Origin: Longimicrobiales bacterium
GTDB taxonomy: Bacteria; Gemmatimonadota; Gemmatimonadetes; Longimicrobiales; Gaopeijiaceae
DNA: 64,000 bases
Direction: 5' to 3'
NCBI GenBank assembly: GCA_965202805.1
Contig: OZ241869.1
Location: forward strand, 1,504,001 to 1,568,000
The translations under genes and the position numbers were made by a program. Below are positions 1-11,191 of this stretch, piece by piece. How positions within the stretch are numbered: position 1 is the stretch's first letter; each line of letters starts with the position of its first letter. The notes under the pieces are model-generated. The model was not told the origin of the DNA and searched no databases. It saw only the letters and a program-made list of their open reading frames with translations.

Positions 1-860
1 GCACGCAGGTGCACGACCGCGAGCGGGTTGTAGCGGAGGCCGCCGATGCGGGAGGACGCGTCCGGCGCGACTTCGCCGAGCAGCCGGGCCGCCACCGGAG
101 CCGGGACGGCGAGCACCACCTGCTGCGCCGACAACGTCTCGTCGTCCAGCACGACCGACCAGCCGCCCGGTCGTGGTTCGATCGAGCGCACCGGGGTGTT
201 CAGGCGCACCCCTTCGCCCAAGGCGCGCGCCAGCGCGCGGGGAAGGCTCTCCATGCCGTCCGCGAAGGAGCAAGCGGCGGGCGGGCGGGCGTTGCGACGG
301 CGCAGGCGGGCGAGCACGAGGCTCCGACCGACTCCCACATCGCGCAACAGACCGCCCAGCGACAGTCCTACAATCATGTCGCCGGGGTCGGTCCCGTAGA
401 GCCCTCCGTAAAGGGGGCCCACCACGTGCTCGTAGAGTTCGCGCCCCAGCTTGCGGGAGAAGAAATCGGCCACCCGCTCCTCTTCGCGGGCTTCGGGTGT
501 GAGGGGCTCGAGCATGGCGCGAAGCTTGCCGCGCCAGCTCACGACATCGGATGCCAGCAGACCGGGCACGGAAAGGGGTACCCGGCGAAGCCTTCCGTCA
601 CGGTAGATGAAGAAGTCGAGGTCTTCGGGCCCGAGGATGAGCGATTCGCGCAGTCCCAACTCGTCCACCAGGGCAGCGAATGGCACGGTGAGGCGGGCGC
701 GCTGGGGACCGTTCTCAAGGAGCAGCCCGTGGGCGCGCTCGCTCCTCACGACGCCGCCGGGGCGTTCGTCGGCTTCCAGGACGAGACATTCGCGTCCCCT
801 CCGGACCAGTTCCCGGCCCAGCGCGAGGCCGCTCATGCCGCCTCCGACGATGGCGATCAA
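1..860 (-). CDS. hemY: Protoporphyrinogen/coproporphyrinogen oxidase (HemY/CgoX), 3' end runs off window
   Basis: Not in the ORF track because there is no stop in the window. Manual translation from TTG at 860: MIAIVGGGMSGL...LVLEADERPGG...ENGPQ...GPLYGGLYGTDP (FAD motif plus HemY-type motifs). TTGA overlap with the hemH stop. Confidence 0.9.
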   Translation of the reverse strand, partial: MIAIVGGGMSGLALGRELVRRGRECLVLEADERPGGVVRSERAHGLLLENGPQRARLTVPFAALVDELGLRESLILGPEDLDFFIYRDGRLRRVPLSVPGLLASDVVSWRGKLRAMLEPLTPEAREEERVADFFSRKLGRELYEHVVGPLYGGLYGTDPGDMIVGLSLGGLLRDVGVGRSLVLARLRRRNARPPAACSFADGMESLPRALARALGEGVRLNTPVRSIEPRPGGWSVVLDDETLSAQQVVLAVPAPVAARLLGEVAPDASSRIGGLRYNPLAVVHLR

Positions 861-2026
861 GGGGAGAGCTCGGAGTTCGGCTCGCGGTCGGGGCTCGGCT
901 TGATGTAGGGGCTGGGCGGGAGGTCGCGCGCGCCATTGGTGCACCAGGTGCCGGGCACCGGGCGGCAGCGGCAGGAGGTCAGCGAGAAGTCGCCGACCCA
1001 CGCCTGGCCCAGCGCCTGCCCGACAAGGTCCGCCAGGACGCCGGCGAAAAGGGGATCGTCGTGAGGGACCGGAACCCGGTGCATCTCCTTGCCCATGGCG
1101 TCGATTTCGGCCCGCAGCTCGCGGTCGAGCTCATCGAGGGTTTCGGACTGCTCGTGCATGAAGCTGACGGCGTCGACCACCAGGAGCCGTTCGGTCAGGG
1201 TGCGGATGCGCTCCTCGTTGTCTGGCCAGATCCAGGCGATACGCCGGTTGGTGTGGTTCTGGAACCCCACGGCGAAACGGTCCCCGACTCCGAGCGCTCC
1301 GGCGATCTCCCGGCAGTGCTCCTCGACGTAGCGGTCGTAGCGGTTGCCCTCGGTAATGTACTTCACGGGCGTGCCGTGGGCGGAGAAATAGAGGATCGTG
1401 TCGGGGTCCCCGAGGTCGAGACCCTGCTCTTCAACGAACGCGCGGATGTGCTGCGCGCGCAGCCCCCTGTAGTCCGGATGCCGGTGCCAGCCGGCCACGG
1501 CGACGAAGGGCACGTCCCACTCCAGGTCGTCGAGCGCGCTGCGCACCGAGTCGAGTGCGGCCACCGTCGTGGAATGACCGCACATCGGGTAGACCGGCAG
1601 TCCCACCAGCACATCAGCACGCCCCTCGCGCGCCCGGGCTACCCCGTCGGACACGAAGGGGGGCGTGAACTGGAAGACAGTCTGGACCTGGGCATCCACA
1701 TCGCGCGAGGCGAACTCCTGCTCCAGCGCTTCCGCCTGTGCGCGGGCCTGTCGGTCCAGGGGCGAACCGCCGATGACCCGGTACGCTTCCACGAGGTCGG
1801 GGGCGCGGGCAGCGGCGAGCTGGGATGCGCGGGCACGGGCGGCCCGGTCGGCTTCCAGGTCGGCGTTCTGAAGGAAGATCCGCTCCAGAAAGGACGTGAC
1901 CTGCTCCAGCGCGGGCTCGGCCGGCTCGCCGAAGTTGATGAGAAGGACCGCGATCCTCAGCGCATCATCTCCTGCGGAGTCCACGGGCAACCGACCAGGC
2001 TGCGTCAGGGGCGCGACGCTCTTCAC
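857..2026 (-). CDS. hemH: Ferrochelatase (probably coproporphyrin ferrochelatase CpfC)
   Basis: VLLINFGEP, LPVYP, FSAHGTP (catalytic His), EQSETLDELD; C-terminal CRC...WC tail; located in heme cluster. Confidence 0.92.
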   Translation of the reverse strand: MKSVAPLTQPGRLPVDSAGDDALRIAVLLINFGEPAEPALEQVTSFLERIFLQNADLEADRAARARASQLAAARAPDLVEAYRVIGGSPLDRQARAQAEALEQEFASRDVDAQVQTVFQFTPPFVSDGVARAREGRADVLVGLPVYPMCGHSTTVAALDSVRSALDDLEWDVPFVAVAGWHRHPDYRGLRAQHIRAFVEEQGLDLGDPDTILYFSAHGTPVKYITEGNRYDRYVEEHCREIAGALGVGDRFAVGFQNHTNRRIAWIWPDNEERIRTLTERLLVVDAVSFMHEQSETLDELDRELRAEIDAMGKEMHRVPVPHDDPLFAGVLADLVGQALGQAWVGDFSLTSCRCRPVPGTWCTNGARDLPPSPYIKPSPDREPNSELSP

Positions 2027-2098
2027 GAACGTATCCCGCCGGGCGCCCGGATGTTCTCCCGGGACTATTCGCGCGGTCGGAGCGGGTTCGCGGCGGCA

Positions 2099-3145
2099 TC
2101 AGCCCGCGCCGGCCGTGCGTTCGTGCACGTGGTCGACCAGGCGGGCGACCTGGTCGGGGTCGGTGCGCCGATCGATGCCGTGACCCAGGCTGAAGATGTG
2201 CCCGGCCAACCCCGCTGCCTCCGCGAGCACGGCGTCCGCCGCGCCCCTGAGCGCATCCGGGGGCCCGAACAGTTCGGCGGGATCGAGGTTGCCCTGAAGG
2301 ATGCGCCCACGGCCCAGCAGGGCGTCGGCCCTGGAGAGCGGAAGCGTCCAGTCGATGGCGGCGACATCGACATCGAGGCCGCGCATCGAGCGAAGCAGCG
2401 GCCCGCCACGGTTGGGGAAATAGATGATAGGGCAGTCCGTCGCGCGCCGGACGGCCGCGAACGCCCGGGTCAGCACGGGGTGGATGAAGCGCTGGTAGGT
2501 GTCCGGGCCGAGCATGCCGATCCAGGAGTCGAAGAGCATGACCGCGTTCGCGCCGGCTTCCGCCTGGGCTGCCAGGTAGCGGGCCATCGAGCGACCCAGC
2601 GTGTCGAGGAGGGCCCGGGAGGCCTCCGGTTCGCGGCGCAGGAAGCTGCGGGCGGTCATGAAGTCCTTGGAGCCGCCTCCCTCGACCAGATAGCAGAAGA
2701 GCGTGAAGGGCGCGCCGGCGAAGCCGATGAGCGCGGACTCCGGGCGGAGTTGGGAGCGGACCGCGCGGATCGCCTCCAGCACGAAGGGAACGCCTTCCTC
2801 GGGAACCAGCTCGCGCACGGCGCGCGCGGCCTCGGGCGTGCGCACAGGCTCGGGAAGCACCGGCCCGGGGGCGAACTCGACCTCCACCCCCATCGGGTCC
2901 AGGGGCGTCATGATGTCGCTGAACAGGATGGCGGCGTCCATGTCGAAGCGCTGCATCGGCTGCAGCGTGATGCGCGCCGCGATTTCCGGGGTGCGGGTCG
3001 CGGTCAGGAAGTCGACGTTGCGGCGCAGCTTCCGGTACTCCGGGAGGTATCGCCCCGCCTGGCGCATGATCCAGATGGGCGTATGCGGCACCGGCCGGCC
3101 GCGGGCGGCACGCTCGAAGACCGTGGCGTTGTCGGATCCGTTCAT
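2099..3145 (-). CDS. hemE: Uroporphyrinogen decarboxylase
   Basis: PIWIMRQAGRYLPEY, AAILFSDI, GFAGAPFTL, LQGNLDP, LGHG; start placed at the ATG at 3145. Confidence 0.96.
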   Translation of the reverse strand: MNGSDNATVFERAARGRPVPHTPIWIMRQAGRYLPEYRKLRRNVDFLTATRTPEIAARITLQPMQRFDMDAAILFSDIMTPLDPMGVEVEFAPGPVLPEPVRTPEAARAVRELVPEEGVPFVLEAIRAVRSQLRPESALIGFAGAPFTLFCYLVEGGGSKDFMTARSFLRREPEASRALLDTLGRSMARYLAAQAEAGANAVMLFDSWIGMLGPDTYQRFIHPVLTRAFAAVRRATDCPIIYFPNRGGPLLRSMRGLDVDVAAIDWTLPLSRADALLGRGRILQGNLDPAELFGPPDALRGAADAVLAEAAGLAGHIFSLGHGIDRRTDPDQVARLVDHVHERTAGAG

Positions 3146-3218
3146 GTCGTCGCCCACCGGGCGGATTCGGCGATCACGATGTGCGACCTTTTCCCGCATG
3201 CGCGCGCCCGGCCACCGC

Positions 3219-4531
<1,313 letters not shown>

Positions 4532-4535
<4 letters not shown>

Positions 4536-5794
4536 GGGCGGTCTCCCGTTTGGCGGCCGGCGATGACGGTGGTGGCAGAGAGCGCGTGCGGGCGCGAGGA
4601 ACCAGGGGGGCGGTCGCCGACCCCTGCGGCGCGTCCCAAATCCGCATGCCGGCGCCCGGGTAGGCCAATTGGGATCCGCGCCCCCGAGGAACCGCATCCC
4701 AAATCCGCATCCGGGCGCCCGCGCGGTCCGGTAGCCCCATCCGGGTGCCCGCGCGGCCCGGTAGCCCCATCGGAACGCCCGGCGGTCTCGGCCGCTGCGT
4801 GCCGCGACCCGCCGAGCGCCGCGACCACCGCCTCGATCATGGCTTCCAGCGTGGCGGTAGCCGCCACCCGCACATCACTGATTCCCAGCCGCTTCAGCGC
4901 CGCACCGGTGGTGGGACCGATGCACACCACGGCGGTCCCGGCAAGCACCCGGGCGAGCCCGCGAGTCCCGTCGGCGGTCGGCGCGTCACCCTTCGGCGCG
5001 TCACCCGCCGCTTCATCACCCGTCACCCCATCGCCGGTCGCCCCGTCACCCGTCGCCCGATCGCCGGTCACCCCATCGCCGGCGGCCCGACCACGGGTCG
5101 CCTCATCGCCAGCCGCTCCAACGCGGGTCGCCCCCTCACAAGTCGCCGAGGCCACCTTCCCACCAAGCGCGCGGTCCACCGCCTCCACCGCCGAAGGGCT
5201 GGCGAAGGTCACCGCGTCCACGCCGGCGGCCAGGTCGGCGCGCACCCGCTCGGCCGGGGGTGGCGTCACCACCGTGCGGTAGGCCTCGACCCGGGTGACG
5301 CGGGCCCCCAGTGCCGTGAACTCCTCCTCCAGGGTGGGGGCGGCCCCCGAGGCGGCCGGAAAGAGCACGCGCGCGCCCGCTACCGGGAAGGTCGCGGCCA
5401 CCTGGGCAGCCAGGCCGCGCGCGCCCGGCCCGCGCCCCTCCACCGCGACCGTCCAACCCGCCCCGGTGGCGGCGCGGGCGGTGGCAGGACCCACCACGGC
5501 GACCCGCAGGGCGGGGGCAGAGCCCCCGGTCGCCCGCGCGGCCGGTCCCTCCCCCACCGCCGCCACCGCGCGCGCGCTCGTGAACACCACCCAGTCGAAC
5601 CGGTCGAGGCGCGCGAGCGCGGCCTCCAGCGGCCCGGGATCGCGGGGCGGCGGGTACTCGGAGGTCGGCCACGCCAGCACGCGCGCCCCCGCCATCTCCA
5701 GCAAAGCGCGCAGCCGGTCCTCGTGCGCAGCGCCGCGCGTCGTCACCACCCGCACGCCCGCGAGCGGCGCCGCGACGGGAACCGGATTCCCCAT
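4532..5794 (-). CDS. hemD: Uroporphyrinogen-III synthase with repeat insertion and C-terminal extension
   Basis: LAGVRVVTTR, FDWVVFTSARAV, VGPATA, VEAYRT, FASPSAV, CIGPTT. Confidence 0.9.
4711..4770. repeat. Two tandem 30-bp repeats in the hemD 3' extension
   Basis: ccgggcgcccgcgcggtccggtagccccat / ccgggtgcccgcgcggcccggtagccccat (DGATGPRGH/RP x2). Confidence 0.85.
4976..5080. repeat. Seven degenerate 15-bp tandem repeats in frame within hemD
   Basis: Encodes GDGVT-GDRAT-GDGAT-GDGVT-GDEAA-GDAPK-GDAPT. Confidence 0.85.
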
Positions 5795-5830
5795 GCGCCC
5801 TATCGCCCTTGCCCCAAGTGTCGAGTCACC

Positions 5831-6538
5831 CTACCCCAGCGTCTCAAGCCACTCTTCGGGACTCGCGAAGATCCCGGTGTGCAGCGGCGCGTCGCTCAGG
5901 GTGTAGCGTCGTCCCTCGGTGCTCCGCAGCTCGTGCACGAGCCGCGAAAACAGCCGCAGATCGTCCATCTCATACACGACGACGAACTCCTGGTCCTGGA
6001 GCCCGAACGAATACAGGAGCAGCTGTTTGATCTTGCGGAACTGCTTCCCGATGCGGATGTGCTCGTTCATCATCCCCTGGCGCGTCTCACGCCCGAACAG
6101 ATACCAGTCCGCCGTCTTCGTGAACGGGTAGACCACCAGGTATCGCCTGCGCTCCTCCGCGAAGGAATCGACTTCCTGGGCCGAACGCGCCTTGCTGTAT
6201 TCGGAAGGACGCGTATAGCCCCAGAGCGTCGTCACCGGCTCGACGATGTCCCGGTGCCGGCCCTCCGCCGCCGCCCGGCGCAGGAAGTAGCGAGCCCCTG
6301 CCTCATCCTCTTCCGCGAGCACCGAACTCCACACCAGCACGTCGGCCCCGGCCTCGAGGCCCTGCAGCAGATAAGGATGGGCCAGGTCCGCGGCCCCCCG
6401 CACATCCTCGAGCCAGGCCCGGGCGCGCGCGCGCCGTTTCGCGCCGTCCATCTCCCAGAACCGCGCGGTAAACCGGTAGTTGGCGAAGTGTCCGAGCACG
6501 GTCGGGCGCATCTTGCCGGTCCCCTTGCTGTCGCTCAC
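5831..6538 (-). CDS. chdC: Coproheme decarboxylase (HemQ/ChdC, chlorite dismutase family)
   Basis: YPFTK..WY motif, proximal MMNEH, IKQLLLYSFGLQDQEF (Gln rather than the Cld distal Arg); first gene of the hem cluster; GAGGAAGAGG RBS. Confidence 0.85.
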   Translation of the reverse strand: MSDSKGTGKMRPTVLGHFANYRFTARFWEMDGAKRRARARAWLEDVRGAADLAHPYLLQGLEAGADVLVWSSVLAEEDEAGARYFLRRAAAEGRHRDIVEPVTTLWGYTRPSEYSKARSAQEVDSFAEERRRYLVVYPFTKTADWYLFGRETRQGMMNEHIRIGKQFRKIKQLLLYSFGLQDQEFVVVYEMDDLRLFSRLVHELRSTEGRRYTLSDAPLHTGIFASPEEWLETLG

Positions 6539-6583
6539 GCCTCTTCCTCGCTGATGCTCGTGTCGGACGCCGCTCCAACGTAC

Positions 6584-6611
6584 TGATATCTCATGACAAT
6601 ATCACTGTCAT
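6584..6611. promoter_or_regulatory. AT-rich overlapping palindromes upstream of the hem cluster (putative operator)
   Basis: ATGACA-N7-TGTCAT (6593-6611) overlapping TGATAT-N9-ATATCA (6584-6604). Confidence 0.5.
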
Positions 6612-6661
6612 TTACTGATGAGTTGTTCCGGATGCGCGCCGGCATGTTCGTCCACGGGCCG

Positions 6662-7810
6662 CTACGACTTGGGAATCTGCTTGCCGGGATCCACGAAGGG
6701 CTTGCGCACGACGGTGGCGTCGCGCTCGCCGTCCGGGGTGGCGACGCCGAGGTGCGTGCCCAGCTTCCCGAATGCCGCCGGCACCATCGCGTAGCCGATG
6801 TTCCGGTCGAGGCGCGGCGAATACACCGCGGACGTCACGGAGCCGATCTCCCGCCCGTCCCGATGCACGGGCCAGCGGGTCATGTTCAGGTCGAGCGGGG
6901 CGCCCGCGATCTCGACCCCGGCCAGCAGCCGCCCGGGCCCCTCCGCTGCGATTCGGGCCAGCGCGTCGCGGCCGATGAAGTCGCCCTCCTGATCCTGGTC
7001 CACCTGCCATCCCAGGCCGACTTCGTAGGGGTTGTTCTCCAGCGTCATGTCGATGCCGTAGTTGAGGATGCCGGCCTCGATGCGGCGGATGTCCGATGGC
7101 CCCGTGGGCGAAATGCCGAGGTCGCGTCCTGCTTCCATCACGCGGTCCCAGAGTTCCATCCCCCGGCTGCCGTCCCGCAGGTAGATTTCGTAGCCGACCT
7201 CGCCGCTCCAGCCGGTGCGCGTCACGACCACCGGAATGCCGTCGAGGTCGGTGTCGGCGAACCAATAGTAACGCAACCCGCTCACTTCGTCGCCGAAGAG
7301 CCTGCGGATGACCTCCTTCGATTTCGGACCCTGCACCTGCATGGGCGAGACGTCCGGCTCGCACAGTTCGACGTCGAGCCCGGAGTTGAGGGCGACGCCT
7401 TTCGCCCACAGCAGGACATCGCTGTCCGCCAGCGCCAGCCAGAAGTGGTTTTCGCCCAGCCGCAGGAGCACCGGATCGTTCACGATGCCGCCGTCCTCGG
7501 CGGTGATCAGGACGTACTTGCCCTGGCCGACCGCGCACCTGGACAGGTCGCGCGGGGTGAGCAGGTTGGTGAACTCGAAGGCGTCCGGCCCGGTGATCTC
7601 CACCTGCCGCTCGACGCTCACGTCCCACACCGTGACCCCGGTCAGCAGCTTTTCGTACTCCGCATGCAGATCGTCGTAGCGGGTCGGGAGGAACATGTGG
7701 TTGTACACCGTATAGCTCCGGCAGCCCGCGCGCAGGGTGGACTCGAAGTAGGGCGATCTGCGCAGCCGGGCGCCGCGCTGGATGAGGGCCATGTCGAAGG
7801 TCGGGGACAC
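6662..7810 (-). CDS. GcvT-family THF-dependent methyltransferase, DmdA (DMSP demethylase)-like
   Basis: RLRRSPYF, YTVYNHMFLP, VWDVSVERQV, NDPV, EPDVSPMQVQGP, RTGWSGEVGYEIY; GTG start with GAGGAG RBS. Confidence 0.8.
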   Translation of the reverse strand: MSPTFDMALIQRGARLRRSPYFESTLRAGCRSYTVYNHMFLPTRYDDLHAEYEKLLTGVTVWDVSVERQVEITGPDAFEFTNLLTPRDLSRCAVGQGKYVLITAEDGGIVNDPVLLRLGENHFWLALADSDVLLWAKGVALNSGLDVELCEPDVSPMQVQGPKSKEVIRRLFGDEVSGLRYYWFADTDLDGIPVVVTRTGWSGEVGYEIYLRDGSRGMELWDRVMEAGRDLGISPTGPSDIRRIEAGILNYGIDMTLENNPYEVGLGWQVDQDQEGDFIGRDALARIAAEGPGRLLAGVEIAGAPLDLNMTRWPVHRDGREIGSVTSAVYSPRLDRNIGYAMVPAAFGKLGTHLGVATPDGERDATVVRKPFVDPGKQIPKS

Positions 7811-7865
7811 GAGTCTGCTCCTCGGATTGAGTCGGTTCAGGTGCATGCGGCTGCGCGGACCATGG

Positions 7866-9470
7866 CTAGTCCCGTCCGCCGAAACGCGCAACCCGCCCCG
7901 CGTCGCGCAGGATCTCGCGCGCTGCGAGCCGGCCCGGCCCCCCGGTGACTCCGCCCCCGGGGTGGGTGCCCGAGCCGCACAGGAACAGGCGCTCCACCGG
8001 CGTCCGGTACCGGCCCCATCCGGGGACCGGGCGCATGAACAGAAGCTGGTCGAGGCCCATCTGCCCGTGGTATTCGTCGCCGCCCGAGAGGCCGAGTTCG
8101 GTTTCGAGGTCGAGCGGGGTGAGCAGGCGGTGGTCCACGATGCGATCGCGCAGGCCGGGAAGGAACTCGTCGAGCACGTCGAGCACGCCCGAGAGCAGCC
8201 CTTCGCGGGTCGCACCGTCCTCCCAGCTGCCGGACCGCAGCCGGTAGGGCGCGTATCGGATCTGGATGGACGCGAGGTGGCGACCCTTAGGTGCGAGGGC
8301 GGGGTTGTGCAGCGTCGGAACCACCATGTCCAGATGCGGGCGCGCCGAGCAGCGGCCGTACTTGGCGTCGTCGGCGGCTCGCTCCAGGTACTCGAGGTCC
8401 GGAGCCACCAAGGTGTGGCCGGACAGGCGTTCGGCCGCGTCCGGGAGGGGCGGAAGCCCGTCGAGCAGCAGGTGCAGCGTGGCGGTGGTTCCGCGCAGCT
8501 GGATGTTCGTCACCCTGCGGTTGAACTCCGGGCCCAGCCGGGGCGCTCCCACCAGCCCGAAGAAGGTGCGGCGCGGATCGACGCCGGAGATCACGCGGCG
8601 CGCGGGTATCTCCTCTCCGCCGGCCAGCAGCACCCCGCTCGCGACGCCGTCCTCCATGAGGATGCTCTCCACTTCGGCCCCGGTGCGAACCTCCGCCCCG
8701 TGCCCGCGCGCGGCCGCCTCCAGCGCCCCGGAGAGCGCACCCACGCCGCCCTCGACGAAGAGGGAGGAACGAAAGCCGCAGGGTTCGCTCCCGGCGGCGT
8801 GGTAGAACAGGCGGAACGCGCCGCCCATGGCGCTCGGACCCTGGCAGGCTCCCGGCAGCGCGCTGGTCGCCAGCATCCCCTTGAGGGCGTCGCCGGTGAA
8901 CCAGTCGTCGAGGAGATCGCGCGCCGACAGCGGGATCGCGCGCAGCAGTTCCACCACGGTGCGCTTGCCGAGCCGGCCGGCGCGAAGCAGGGGACGCAGC
9001 AGGCGCAGCCGTTCCCTGGCCGACGCGTCGTGAAGGTCCGGGGGGGCGTGCTCCAGGGCGACCCGCAGCACGCGCGCCATCGAGCGCAGGTAGTCGGCCC
9101 AGTCGGGGAAGCGCGCCGCGTCCGCCCGGCCGTGGCGTTCGATCTCGTCGCGTGTCCGCCCGGGATTGCGCCAGAGGGTCAGCGCCTCTCCGCCGCCCGT
9201 GAGCGAGGTGGCCACCGCGGGAGGATGCACCCACCGGAGCCCGCGCGCGTCGAGGCCGAGGTCGGAGACGATCTCCCGCCGGAAGAGGCCCGCGTCCTGG
9301 GCGGCCAGGTTCACCCGGCAGCCGGGGAAGACTTCCTCGGTCGAGGCCGCGCCCCCGACGACCCCTCGGCGCTCGAGAACCAGCACCTGCCACCCCTCGC
9401 GGGCGAGCATCGCAGCGGTAACCAGGGCGTTGTGCCCCGCGCCCACCACGACCGCGTCGCAGACCTTCAC
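7866..9470 (-). CDS. Phytoene-desaturase-like (PYROXD2-type) FAD oxidoreductase B
   Basis: DAVVVGAGHNAL, VLERRGVVGGAASTEE, YRTPVERLFLCGSGTHPGGGVTG. Confidence 0.85.
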   Translation of the reverse strand: MKVCDAVVVGAGHNALVTAAMLAREGWQVLVLERRGVVGGAASTEEVFPGCRVNLAAQDAGLFRREIVSDLGLDARGLRWVHPPAVATSLTGGGEALTLWRNPGRTRDEIERHGRADAARFPDWADYLRSMARVLRVALEHAPPDLHDASARERLRLLRPLLRAGRLGKRTVVELLRAIPLSARDLLDDWFTGDALKGMLATSALPGACQGPSAMGGAFRLFYHAAGSEPCGFRSSLFVEGGVGALSGALEAAARGHGAEVRTGAEVESILMEDGVASGVLLAGGEEIPARRVISGVDPRRTFFGLVGAPRLGPEFNRRVTNIQLRGTTATLHLLLDGLPPLPDAAERLSGHTLVAPDLEYLERAADDAKYGRCSARPHLDMVVPTLHNPALAPKGRHLASIQIRYAPYRLRSGSWEDGATREGLLSGVLDVLDEFLPGLRDRIVDHRLLTPLDLETELGLSGGDEYHGQMGLDQLLFMRPVPGWGRYRTPVERLFLCGSGTHPGGGVTGGPGRLAAREILRDAGRVARFGGRD

Positions 9471-9519
9471 GCCCCGGGCTCCCTGCGCGTTGCCTCGGCG
9501 TGCCGGCGTATGCCTGCCG

Positions 9520-11124
9520 TCATCCCCGCCTCCCGCGGCGCCCGCGTCCCAGGTCGGCGAGCACCGTCCCGGCCGCGAGCTTCCCGGGCGCGCCCATGAT
9601 GCCGCCGCCCGGGTGGGTGCCCGACCCGCACTGGTAGTAGCCCCGCACCGGCGTGCGGTACTTCGCATAGCCGGCGACCGGACGGAGGAAGAAGAGCTGC
9701 GACGGGCTCAGCTCGCCCTGGAAGATGTTGCCCTGCGAGAGCCCCGTGGTGCGCTCGATGTCCAGCGGCGTGAGCACCTGACGGTGCAGGATGATGTCCT
9801 TCAGGTTCGGGGCGTAGCGGGCCAGGGTGTCGACCACGGCGTCGCCGAATGCCTCGCGCCTGTCGTCCCAGTTGCCCTCGCGCAGCTCGTAGGGCGCGTA
9901 CTGGACGAAGCACGACATGACGTGCTTGCCGGGAGGGGCCATCCCGGGATCGATCGCCGAGGGGATGACGATGTCGATGTAGGGCTCCCTCGAGAAGTCC
10001 CCGTACTTCGCGTCGTCGTAGGCGCGTTCCAGGTAGTCGAGGGACGGGCTGATGGAGACGGCGCCCCGCAGATGGGGGCCCCAGCCGGGCATGGAGGTGA
10101 AGTCGGGCGCGGCGTCGAGCGCGAGGTTGACCTTGCCGGAGGAGCCGCGAAAGCGGAAGGCGCGGACGGCGTCGACCAGTTCGCCGGGCAGTTCATCCTC
10201 TTCGACCAGGTCGAGGAAGGTGCGGCGCGGGTCGAGACTGGAGGAGACGACCTTCCCGTGCACCTCGTCGCCGTTAGCGAGCGCCACCCCCGTGACGCGT
10301 CCGTTCCGGATCAGCACCCGGGCGACCGGAGCGTCGGTGCGGATCTCCGCCCCCGCCTCGCGCGCGGCCGAAGCGATCGCCTCCGCCACCGCCCCGGTCC
10401 CGCCCCTGGCGAAGCCCCACGCGCGGAAGTGTCCGTCGATCTCCCCCATGTAGTGGTGGAGCAGGACGTAGGCGGTGCCCGGCGAGCGCGGGCCCAGGAA
10501 AGTGCCGATGATGCCGCTGGCCGACAGGGTAGCCTTGAGCACGTCGGTCTCGAACCACTCGTCGAGGAAATCCGCCGCACTCATCGTCATGAGCTTCACC
10601 AGCAGGTGCAACTGATCGGGGTCCAGCCCCAGGAAGTGCCGGGCCAGCCCGAGCAGGCCGGAGATGTCGCGGGGGCCGAGCCGGGCGGGATCGGGCGGGA
10701 CGATGTCGAGCAGATACTTCACCGCGCGCGCCATGAAGAAGAGCGAACGCCCGTAGTCGTCGTAGGCCTCGGCGTCGCGCACCGAAAAGCGCGCGATCTC
10801 GCGCCAGCTGCGGTAATGATCGCCGTCGCGGTAGAGGCGGTCGCCGTCCGGGAGCGGTGTGAGCGTGCTCTCGAGGGGCAGAATTGCGAGCCCGTGGCGG
10901 GGCAGATCCAGCTCGCGGATGATCTCCGGGCGCATCAGGCTGACCACGTAGGAGAAGACGCTGTAGCGGAAGCCCGGGAAGATCTCCTCGGTGACGGTGG
11001 CGCCCCCCACCATCGGACGCGCTTCGAGCACGGACACGTCCAGCCCCGCGCGCGCCAGATAGGCCGCGTGCACCAGGCCGTTGTGCCCGCCGCCGATCAC
11101 GATCGCGTCGTAGCTGCGCGCCAT
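9520..11124 (-). CDS. Phytoene-desaturase-like (PYROXD2-type) FAD oxidoreductase A
   Basis: YDAIVIGGGHNGL, GGATVTEEIFPGF, GNIFQGEL, YRTPVRGYYQCGSGTHPGGGIMG. Confidence 0.88.
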   Translation of the reverse strand: MARSYDAIVIGGGHNGLVHAAYLARAGLDVSVLEARPMVGGATVTEEIFPGFRYSVFSYVVSLMRPEIIRELDLPRHGLAILPLESTLTPLPDGDRLYRDGDHYRSWREIARFSVRDAEAYDDYGRSLFFMARAVKYLLDIVPPDPARLGPRDISGLLGLARHFLGLDPDQLHLLVKLMTMSAADFLDEWFETDVLKATLSASGIIGTFLGPRSPGTAYVLLHHYMGEIDGHFRAWGFARGGTGAVAEAIASAAREAGAEIRTDAPVARVLIRNGRVTGVALANGDEVHGKVVSSSLDPRRTFLDLVEEDELPGELVDAVRAFRFRGSSGKVNLALDAAPDFTSMPGWGPHLRGAVSISPSLDYLERAYDDAKYGDFSREPYIDIVIPSAIDPGMAPPGKHVMSCFVQYAPYELREGNWDDRREAFGDAVVDTLARYAPNLKDIILHRQVLTPLDIERTTGLSQGNIFQGELSPSQLFFLRPVAGYAKYRTPVRGYYQCGSGTHPGGGIMGAPGKLAAGTVLADLGRGRRGRRG

Positions 11125-11191
11125 CGAGTTCAGCTCCGGGCCGGGGAGCGTGCGAAGGTAGGAGTTACGACGGGGGCGATGCTCACTGTCT

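Noticed and set aside
7866..11124. Carotenoid biosynthesis (crtI/crtO)
   Set aside because: No crtB/crtE/crtY in the window; context is THF methyltransferases.
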